DNA of 64,000 bases from an uncultured Verrucomicrobiae bacterium. GTDB taxonomy: Bacteria > Verrucomicrobiota > Verrucomicrobiia > Chthoniobacterales > JAFAMB01. Each line of letters opens with the position of its first letter. Within the stretch, counting starts at the first letter, position 1. Under the pieces are notes generated by a model. It did no database searches. It saw only the letters and a program-made list of their open reading frames with translations, and had not been told where the DNA came from. Shown here one piece after another: positions 56,847-64,000 of the stretch. The stretch lies in NCBI GenBank assembly GCA_963837955.1, contig CAWIPH010000002.1, forward strand, positions 2,432,001 to 2,496,000, in the 5' to 3' direction. The position numbers and the translations under genes are program-made.

Positions 56847-57818
56847 TTAGCCCATCGTGGTAGCGCCAGTCCGGAAGTCGCGGCGCTCGGTCAGAGGCCA
56901 GTGAATGGTCAACTCCGACGGGTAGGGCATGCTGTCCTGTGCTCCATGCCGCGAAAGGCTGAATGCCATTGCTTCGGCCGCTACCTGAGTCGCATACCAG
57001 AGATCACCGGTTAGTGCCAGCGCGATTGCCGCCCAAGTCGTCAGGCACTCCGCAGTACCAGCAGCCTGGACGAATTCTACGTGGGGGATCGCTCGACTCC
57101 GTATGCCACGCCCATCCGAAAAGGAAAGGGACTCGCTCCCATGCTTGACGATTACATTCTGTACCCCCCGGCGATGGATCTCTCGAATTGCAGCAGGAAG
57201 ATCGCTCTGCCCGGTCAACGACAGTGCTTCAAAATCGTCTTGCACCAATAGATAATAGAGGCCGTCCGGAAGATGCGTTGAAGGACCAACTGGAGAGGCG
57301 TGAACCACCAGGCGCTTACTGTGTCGAATGCAAAGGCGAAAAACCTCGAACATAGCCAGAGATCCGATTTCGAATTGAGTAAAGACCAGATCTGCCCGGC
57401 GAATCGCTGATTCGACTTGTGTTACCAGGCTGGCCGGGAAGTCATTATTAGCGGATTTCGCTACGAGAGCTGCGTGACCTCCGGGCATTCGCTCATGAAA
57501 TACGAGGGCTACCCCTGTCGTGGAAGATGGCAGCTCGATGAAATGAGAAATGTCGATGTGCTCACGAGCAAGCCGCTCCAGCGCCATTTTCCCGAACACC
57601 TCCGATCCATGCGCGCCGACAAATTTCACCTGACACCCAGCCCGCGCAGCCGCTACGGCACAGTTCGCTCCCCGACCGCCACAGAACATTTCGAATTCTC
57701 CGCCCAGAAGGGATTCGCCCTTGGCCGGAATCGTGTCACACCATACGACTAGATCCGTATTATAACTTCCGACAACGACGACGGACGGAACTGAGAACGT
57801 TTCTTGGGATAAGAGCAT
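56847..57818 (-). CDS. PfkB/ribokinase-like protein with degenerate catalytic motif
   Basis: VVVVGSYNTD and GGRGANCAVAAARAG are present, but QAAGTAECL replaces DTTGAGDTF. Confidence 0.75.
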   Translation of the reverse strand: MLLSQETFSVPSVVVVGSYNTDLVVWCDTIPAKGESLLGGEFEMFCGGRGANCAVAAARAGCQVKFVGAHGSEVFGKMALERLAREHIDISHFIELPSSTTGVALVFHERMPGGHAALVAKSANNDFPASLVTQVESAIRRADLVFTQFEIGSLAMFEVFRLCIRHSKRLVVHASPVGPSTHLPDGLYYLLVQDDFEALSLTGQSDLPAAIREIHRRGVQNVIVKHGSESLSFSDGRGIRSRAIPHVEFVQAAGTAECLTTWAAIALALTGDLWYATQVAAEAMAFSLSRHGAQDSMPYPSELTIHWPLTERRDFRTGATTMG

Positions 57819-58069
57819 GAAAAAAGAACAGGGTCGATTTGGTCCGAGGCGAATTTCGGAAATGTTGGGATTCACGCCTGGGACAGCAATTACGTCAATG
57901 GACCGGAGCAACCCGGCTCAAGATTGCGTCGCCAGCGCACTAACGGCCGCTATCCAAACCCGGAAGCGGACCGCATCGCCAACACACAATGTCGGCCGAA
58001 TTACTCGGTAGTTCAATCGACAGTCTGCTGAATCCGAAAAAAACAGTGTTAGATTGGAATACAACTAAC

Positions 58070-58401
58070 GTGCCGCTATTGAAAGCGAGCGAACAGATCC
58101 GAAGTGCCGCGCTGAGTTGGTCCGGGGTGACGACCCAAGCTCATCGCTTTGGTGGCACCGAATATCGTTTGGGGCGGAGAGAGATTGGTCACGTGCACGG
58201 GGATTACCTCATAGATATCCCGTTCCCGAAGAGTGTCCGCAACGAACTCATAGCGGCGGGCTTGGCCGAGCCCCACCATATTCTCCCGAATAGTGGTTGG
58301 GTAAGTTTCTACATCAAGCGTGTGATCAGGTCGACCAAGCGATTGCTTTACTCCGCCGATCATATGATTTGGCGATTTCACGCAAAGCAGGTGTAAAGTA
58401 A
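58070..58401 (+). pseudogene. DUF5519/luciferase-domain-like protein with an apparent frameshift near 58322
   Basis: HRFGGTEYRLGRREIGHVHG, DIPFP and HHILPNSGWV motifs. The expected C-terminal helix DQVDQAIALLRRSYDLA lies in the -1 frame (58324-58401). Confidence 0.65.
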
Positions 58402-58476
58402 CGCAAGGGATTGGTTGATAGTGAGTTGAACCTGTGGGCTTGATGTATCTAATCGACCGACGTTCCGAGGCTCATC

Positions 58477-58604
58477 GGTCGGAGGGGCGTTGCTCGCGAC
58501 GCCCGGGAACAATCCAGCGTGCACCGAGGAATCGAGCCCAAGAAGCCGCATTCCGTTGTCCTAGTCATGGGTTGTTTCCGGGAGCCGGAAGCGGCTCCCC
58601 TCCG
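58477..58604. repeat. REP-like inverted pair (GGTCGGAGGGG family) between convergent genes
   Basis: GGTCGGAGGGGCGTTGCTCGCGACGCCCGGG ... CCGGGAGCCGGAAGCGGCTCCCCTCCG. Confidence 0.75.
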
Positions 58605-58658
58605 TTGTCAGGGTCGGTGCACGACTCCGGGTGAGGCTAAGGCGAGGAATGAATCGCT

Positions 58659-60053
58659 TTACCGCAATGTCCTGCGGCTTAAACCCGCCGCAAAAAGGAG
58701 GACCAAAGAGGTGAGACCGAGTGCGCAGGCTAATCCAGACGCTGGAGAAAGCGTTTGCATGATTGTCCCCAAAAGCGCAACGCCGATCGTACCGCCGACC
58801 TGGCGGGCCGAATTGAGTACGCCCGAAGCCAGGCCTGCGTTTTCCGGTGCAGAAGAGATCAGCACGCCAGCGGTCATTGCTGGCATGATTGCGCCCATGC
58901 TGATTCCGAGCACGCCGAGGCCGACTGGAACCGGCCACAACGCCGTGCTAAATGCGCCAGCAATGAGCACGGCGGATCCTACCGCAGCTAAGGCCAAACC
59001 GAAGGAGATGCGCGGACGCAAATAAGGACCTCCGTTCCTCTTGCCCAGTAGGCGGCTGGTAATGGTTGGAAGCAGGGTAAACGGTGTAATGATCAGCCCT
59101 GTCGCAAACGCCCCCATTCCTCGAGCGCTCTGCAGATAAACGGATTCTACGAAAAGGATTCCATACATGCTGAAGTTCAGAACGAAACCGACACCGATGC
59201 AGGCAGAAAACGTCAATTTCGAGAACAAGAAGCCAGGCAGTACTGGGTGATCACTCTGACGTTCCCAGACAACAAACAGACATAAGAAAAGTGCTGCGCC
59301 CGCTAGGGCAACAAGAACAACGGCATCATTCCAACCTCTGCGCCCGACTTCGATTAAGCCAAACGTCAGGGCCAGAAGGCCAAAGCCTATAGCCGATTGG
59401 CCGCGCCAGTCGACGCGACGCGGCTTGTCTACCTTCGATTCCTCGACGTAAAGATAGTTCAGGTAAAGCGCAACAATGCCGACCGGGACATTAATCCAGA
59501 AAATGCTCCGCCATCCCAACCAAGAAGTGAGGACGCCGCCCAGGACAGGTCCAGCCGCAAAGCCCAGACTGGCGGTGTTCGCCCAAACAGTTACCGCCTG
59601 GCCGCGTTCCTCCGCCTCCGGAAAGGCATGCGACAAGAGGGCCAGGGACGCCGGCAACATGATCGCTGCGCCCAGGCCTTGAATCGCCCGCGCAATGATC
59701 AGGCCGCCGAGCGAAGGTGAAATCGCTGAGATGAGAGATGTGACGGTAAAAAGAACCAAACCAATCTGATAAGAACGCTTAGATCCAGTTCGATCCCCGA
59801 TAGCGCCCGCGGCAAGTAACAAACTCGCAAATACCAGGGTGTAACTGTTGACGACCCATTGCAGATCGCTGATGCCATCTCCGAACTCTTTTCCCAGAGC
59901 CGGCGTCGCGATATTCAATGCGGTGGTATCCAGGAGGACCAGGAAAAAGCCAAAGCAAACGGCGAAGAGCGCGCGGTTTCCGGTACGGGCGGTGGACGGG
60001 CCGGCCGAAACTCGTCTGCTGTCCAGCTCTGTAATAGTTGGCTGCTTTACCAT
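58659..60053 (-). CDS. MFS transporter, DHA2 (EmrB/QacA-like)
   Basis: LLDTTALNIA.P, LQWVVNSYTL, GAIGDRTGSKR, GPVLGG and WRSIFWINVPVG motifs. Confidence 0.92.
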   Translation of the reverse strand: MVKQPTITELDSRRVSAGPSTARTGNRALFAVCFGFFLVLLDTTALNIATPALGKEFGDGISDLQWVVNSYTLVFASLLLAAGAIGDRTGSKRSYQIGLVLFTVTSLISAISPSLGGLIIARAIQGLGAAIMLPASLALLSHAFPEAEERGQAVTVWANTASLGFAAGPVLGGVLTSWLGWRSIFWINVPVGIVALYLNYLYVEESKVDKPRRVDWRGQSAIGFGLLALTFGLIEVGRRGWNDAVVLVALAGAALFLCLFVVWERQSDHPVLPGFLFSKLTFSACIGVGFVLNFSMYGILFVESVYLQSARGMGAFATGLIITPFTLLPTITSRLLGKRNGGPYLRPRISFGLALAAVGSAVLIAGAFSTALWPVPVGLGVLGISMGAIMPAMTAGVLISSAPENAGLASGVLNSARQVGGTIGVALLGTIMQTLSPASGLACALGLTSLVLLFAAGLSRRTLR

Positions 60054-60124
60054 GAGCCGACCGTAAACGGGTTGCAATCATCTTGGGAAATGATTCTTTC
60101 GTATAGCGGGCATCTGCTATAGTG

Positions 60125-61072
60125 ATGGCTATGGAGTTCTCGGATCTGAATCTTTTTGCTACCGTCGCACGCCATGGAAACATCACGAGGGCAGCCCAAC
60201 AACTCAATACGGTCCAATCAAACGTCACAACTCGGCTGCGCTCGTTGGAGCAGGAGTTAGGCGTACCGCTTTTCCAACGTCATCACCAAGGAGTAACGTT
60301 GACTCGGGCCGGGCACGACCTACTGCCGTTTGCTCACCAGGCCGAGGCACTTTGGCAGAAGGCCCGGGACGCTGTTTCGGCAAATGGAAAACCGCAGGGA
60401 ACTCTTCGTCTGGGATCCATGGAAACGACGGCGGCGGCTAGATTGCCTTCGCTACTCAAAGCGTACGCTCCAACGCATCGAAACGTCGATATTGCAGTGG
60501 AAACCGGGACGACCAGAGTTCTCATCCAGGCTGTCCTGGAATGTCGCTTGGACGGAGCGTTCGTGGCGGGACCGGTTGAGCACGACGATCTACTGGCAAC
60601 TCTCAGTTTCGTTGAAGAATTGGTCATCGTGAGTGCGCCCAAGCACCGGTCCTTGGAAACCGCGCTGAAAGAAGGGGGAATACACAAACTCTTTGTTTTT
60701 CGGGTGGGGTGTTCCTACCGCCAGCGTCTCGAGCGTTTCCTCGGCGTGCGCGGGATTACTCTAATCAACCAGTTGGAATTTGGAACGCTCGAGGGAATCA
60801 TTGGGTGCGTCAGCGCGGGTCTCGGTATCACGATGCTACCGCTCTCTGTAGTTGAACCGTATGTCCGGCGCAAAGAAGTCGCGGTTCACCGGATAGCGCT
60901 GGAGGATGCTCGATCGGAGACCGTATTTATTACCCGAAGGGATAGTCTTCGATCGCTCGCACTCGAGGAATTTCTACGTACATTAAGTGACACGATCCAG
61001 GTTGCGTCGCCGAAAAGGAATGGAAGCCAGAGCGCCCGACCTGAGAGACGGAAGCGTCATCGGGTAATCTGA
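60125..61072 (+). CDS. LysR family regulator (divergent from the MFS gene)
   Basis: ITRAAQQLNTVQSNVTTRLRSLEQELG HTH; GSMETTAAARLP and GCSYRQRLE motifs. Confidence 0.92.
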   Translation: MAMEFSDLNLFATVARHGNITRAAQQLNTVQSNVTTRLRSLEQELGVPLFQRHHQGVTLTRAGHDLLPFAHQAEALWQKARDAVSANGKPQGTLRLGSMETTAAARLPSLLKAYAPTHRNVDIAVETGTTRVLIQAVLECRLDGAFVAGPVEHDDLLATLSFVEELVIVSAPKHRSLETALKEGGIHKLFVFRVGCSYRQRLERFLGVRGITLINQLEFGTLEGIIGCVSAGLGITMLPLSVVEPYVRRKEVAVHRIALEDARSETVFITRRDSLRSLALEEFLRTLSDTIQVASPKRNGSQSARPERRKRHRVI

Positions 61073-61092
61073 TTTCTGGGAAAAACGAAGTA

Positions 61093-61992
61093 ATGGATTT
61101 GCACCAATTGCGGTACTTTGTGGCAGTCGCTGAGCGACTCCATTTCGCTGAAGCTGCCGAGTTAGTGCATGTTTCTCAGCCTGGATTAAGTCAGCAGATA
61201 AAAGCGTTAGAGGAAGACGTCGGCGTTCTTTTATTGAAGCGGACGAAGCGCGCAGTCGCTCTGACCGAAGCAGGGAAGCATTTCCTGGAAGAAGCTAAGC
61301 TGACGCTGGAACATGCCGAGCGGGCTAGAGTTGTTGCCCAGAAAGTTGCCAGAGGCAAGCTTGGTTCGGTTCGAATCGGTTACGTTCATTCTGTTCCTTT
61401 TAGCGGTTTGTTAGCCAAACTCGCGACAGTATTTCGAGAATGTGCTTCAGACTTACATCTGGATTTTGAAGAGGCAGATTCTTTCGACCAAGTCACTCGC
61501 ATTGTGGAAGGAGACCTAGATCTAGCATTCGTCCGCCTACCACTTGAAAGTGTTCCATCTGAAGTCGCTATCAAAGTAGTCATGCGCGAAAAACTGCTGG
61601 TGGCAGTGCACAAGGACCATGCGCTGGCTAGATACAAGAGCATACCGTGTGCATCCTTGAGCCGGGAGGAACTGGTCCTGTATTCCAGAGCAGACGGAAA
61701 ATCGGCTCTGGATGATCACATCCGGGCAATCGCCGAAAAGGGACGGTTTAACCCAGAGGTCGCACAGCGGGCGCACAAGCTGACAGCTATTATCGGCCTA
61801 GTCGCCGGCGGCTCCGGCGTGGCGATCGTGCCGGAATCGTTGCGTTATATGCATGTTCCGACGGTCGTATTTCGACCCTTAGCGGATATCCAGCAACTGT
61901 CGGAACTCGCAGTTGTGTACAGACGTGATGAACGTTCGCCCGCAGTCAGTTTTTTTCTGACGAAGTTAAGTTCGATAAGCGACCCGGCCTGA
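61093..61992 (+). CDS. LysR family regulator (second, HcaR/BenM-like)
   Basis: MDLHQLRYFVAVAERLHFAEAAELVHVSQPGLSQQIKALE HTH; GLVAGGSGVAIVP. Confidence 0.92.
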   Translation: MDLHQLRYFVAVAERLHFAEAAELVHVSQPGLSQQIKALEEDVGVLLLKRTKRAVALTEAGKHFLEEAKLTLEHAERARVVAQKVARGKLGSVRIGYVHSVPFSGLLAKLATVFRECASDLHLDFEEADSFDQVTRIVEGDLDLAFVRLPLESVPSEVAIKVVMREKLLVAVHKDHALARYKSIPCASLSREELVLYSRADGKSALDDHIRAIAEKGRFNPEVAQRAHKLTAIIGLVAGGSGVAIVPESLRYMHVPTVVFRPLADIQQLSELAVVYRRDERSPAVSFFLTKLSSISDPA

Positions 61993-62088
61993 CCTATTCG
62001 AAAGGCCGGTCAGCAAAAGTAAACTCAGCGCCGTTAGACGAACCGGCGCCGAGTAATAGTGCTAACCCCTATTGAAATCCGCTGGGGA

Positions 62089-62349
62089 TTACGAACCAAA
62101 GAGATCGTCGAAGCCAGGGCTTTGGGTCGGCTTATAGAAACCGTCTGCATCGTGGTCCCAATCAGCTTCCGATGTTTGTACTTGGAAGTGCACAGCCGGC
62201 CTGACCGGTTGAACCGCAATATGTCTCTCAGCTCCTTTTGCTTTAGCTGGAGTGTTAGCCAAACAAATAGCTGGGCTAAACGCCAAAGCTAATACAGCGG
62301 CTCGAACCACCGCCGGATTTGTTAGTTTTGATAACCAACTTGTGATCAT
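62089..62349 (-). CDS. Small secreted hypothetical protein
   Basis: AGAGG ribosome-binding site before ATG 62349; hydrophobic AAVLALAFSPAICLA signal; short acidic C-terminus. Confidence 0.55.
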   Translation of the reverse strand: MITSWLSKLTNPAVVRAAVLALAFSPAICLANTPAKAKGAERHIAVQPVRPAVHFQVQTSEADWDHDADGFYKPTQSPGFDDLFGS

Positions 62350-62562
62350 TGTTCTACCTCTTTCTGAGAAAAGCATGCGACATCCGGAGATCTCCTTCCA
62401 ATAGAACGCAACCCCCGAGACTAATAACGTGAAGTTATTAGGGTGGAAGCGGAGGCTGGGGGAGAGAATGGGAAACAGATACCAGATACCCCTGATCGAT
62501 CGTCAGGACCCAGCACTTCCGGGCAGAGCGCCGACACGTCGCCGACGTACAGAGCAACCCCA

Positions 62563-62737
62563 TGATCGGTAGGGCGAAAGCCTCGGCGCGCCGGAAATGT
62601 TGTGATGTCTGTTGCCTCATCAGCGCCGGGCTTGAGCCGGGTCCGGATCGGGGAAAGCGTCATACGTTGGGTAGAACCAGCACGGCTCAAGCCGATCCCG
62701 CTGAGACGGTATCAGGGCTTTCGCCCTACCGACCATG
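62563..62737. repeat. GTAGGGCGAAAGCC...GGCTTTCGCCCTAC REP pair with inner GGCTTGAGCCG/CGGCTCAAGCC arms
   Basis: Inverted termini are directly readable; same family as 48955, 49067, 49911, 47400 and 10403. Confidence 0.75.
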
Positions 62738-62754
62738 CCGCTGAAAACCCCACC

Positions 62755-62790
62755 AAAAAAAAGAAGGCTGTTTACACAGCCTTCCTTTTG
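62755..62790 (-). terminator. Rho-independent terminator of the sugar-binding protein gene (possibly bidirectional)
   Basis: A-run + GAAGGCTG-TTTACA-CAGCCTTC + CTTTT, about 45 bp after the minus-strand stop at 62835. Confidence 0.7.
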
Positions 62791-62834
62791 TACCGATTAA
62801 CAATCAGGCAACGTTTCCGTCACGTCTATCTGCA

Positions 62835-63965
62835 CTATTGGTAAGCCGGATTCGCCCTGAAAACGGGGTCGTTGATGTCGTACTTGAAGGCGTTCTCCGC
62901 TCTCTTCTGCATGTAGTCATCGAGGATCCACGGAATCATCTTAGACTTGTCAACCGTGTCCTTCTCGTAGGGCATAAAGTTTACAAATACGGCCTTCTTA
63001 TACGGTTTTCCTGCGAAGTAGGCTGTGATCTGCTGAAACGCAATATCCGCTTCGAGCGTGGGGCACTGATTGACGTCCATGGTCGTCAATCCCTTGGCAA
63101 CCCAGTCCCAGGACTTCTCTTTGCCGTTGCTCGATCCAAGCCAATATTTGCTTGGATCAAGTCCAGCTTCCTGCATGGCCTGGAGTGCGCCGGTCATCAT
63201 TTCATCATTCTGGACGTAGGCGCCATCAAATCCATCCGGTCCGAGGGATGTGATGGCGTCCTGCATGACTTTCTTGGCCGGATCCGCGAACCAGCCGCCG
63301 GAGCCCCAGAACACGACCTGAAGATCCTTCCCGCCTGCACCCTTTACGCCGACGCTATCAAGAAGGTTGCCGATATCCTTGCCGCCCTTCTTGTATGCCT
63401 GAAGGAAGCCTTGAGTCTGACCGGCGGCGGTTCCTTGCCCGAGCTTTCCTTCGATCATGACTAGTCTTTTGACATTGTGCTTCATGGCCGACTGAGCGGC
63501 GAGCTCTCCGTCGTACACCCAATCGAATCCGGCGAAGCCTCCGAGCCCGGGCTCGTTTGGCGGATTATGGGTGAGGTGAAACTCAGGAACCCCGGCGGCA
63601 TGGGCTTTTTTCAGAGTCTCGGAAGTGGTCTGCGGCGAGTTCTGAACGACAACCAGCGCATCGACCTTCTGAGTGAGGAAGTTTTCAACTGCAGAAACCT
63701 GTTCGGGCGCAGTGCCCTGACCCACCACGTCCAATACCTGCCAGCCCGACTTGGTTGCGAGAGCCTTGAATACCTGGAAGCCTGCCTTGTAGTAGTCATC
63801 AGACGCGTCCATGTAATAACCAATGACCTTCGGCTTATCTCCAGCTGCTGCTTGCGTATTGCTGCCTGGGAAGCTCATGGCCCACAGAGCAGCAAAACTT
63901 ACTAACAATAACGGCAGACGCCTCGTCTGCTTCGCCTTGGATTGTTTGTGCACACTTTCTTTCAT
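62835..63965 (-). CDS. Sugar ABC transporter periplasmic binding protein
   Basis: Signal peptide; QVSAVENFLTQKVDALVV and YVQNDEMMTGALQAM; RbsB-like. Confidence 0.88.
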   Translation of the reverse strand: MKESVHKQSKAKQTRRLPLLLVSFAALWAMSFPGSNTQAAAGDKPKVIGYYMDASDDYYKAGFQVFKALATKSGWQVLDVVGQGTAPEQVSAVENFLTQKVDALVVVQNSPQTTSETLKKAHAAGVPEFHLTHNPPNEPGLGGFAGFDWVYDGELAAQSAMKHNVKRLVMIEGKLGQGTAAGQTQGFLQAYKKGGKDIGNLLDSVGVKGAGGKDLQVVFWGSGGWFADPAKKVMQDAITSLGPDGFDGAYVQNDEMMTGALQAMQEAGLDPSKYWLGSSNGKEKSWDWVAKGLTTMDVNQCPTLEADIAFQQITAYFAGKPYKKAVFVNFMPYEKDTVDKSKMIPWILDDYMQKRAENAFKYDINDPVFRANPAYQ

Positions 63966-64000
63966 GTTGTTTATGACTATTTTGTCGATTCCAGTCTCTC

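Noticed and set aside
62838..63905. Long alternative-frame ORFs (62838-63464, 63477-63905; likewise 41424-42056, 43734-44468, 11432-11980)
   Set aside because: Shadows of well-supported genes on the other strand or frame, with no motifs.

Overview
Bacterial chromosomal DNA, roughly mid-50s % GC by eye. The style of the LacI regulator and the dense short intergenic palindromes suggest a soil Verrucomicrobiota (Chthoniobacterales-like) genome; this is inference only. Contents in order: (1) a DUF4331-like gene fragment, hupE/ureJ, a VOC protein and a Gly/His-rich secreted protein; (2) a LacI-linked fba / cbbY-like / dhaL / dhaK operon; (3) a serine hydrolase and ybaK; (4) the most striking locus, about 23.5 kb at 11.0-34.6 kb, with one HlyD-type adaptor, two different ABC ATPases and seven ~810-aa internally duplicated MacB/FtsX (ADOP-type) permease paralogues, one of them frameshifted. 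Two putative sigma-54 promoters there share an identical 14-bp upstream motif (TCTCATTTTGAGAC), and recurring spacer modules separate the genes; (5) a FadR-linked oxidative sugar-acid (Weimberg-like) cluster whose ABC ATPase and permease are fused through a palindrome-derived linker and preceded by a 4 x ~225 bp tandem repeat; (6) a VanY-like peptidase gene bracketed by long inverted repeats; (7) assorted oxidoreductases, malic enzyme, a degenerate ribokinase, an MFS transporter, two LysR regulators and a sugar-binding protein. Several families of REP/MITE-like palindromes fill many of the intergenic gaps. No rRNA, tRNA, CRISPR array, transposase or integrase was recognised. All calls are by eye from motifs; no database searches were run.
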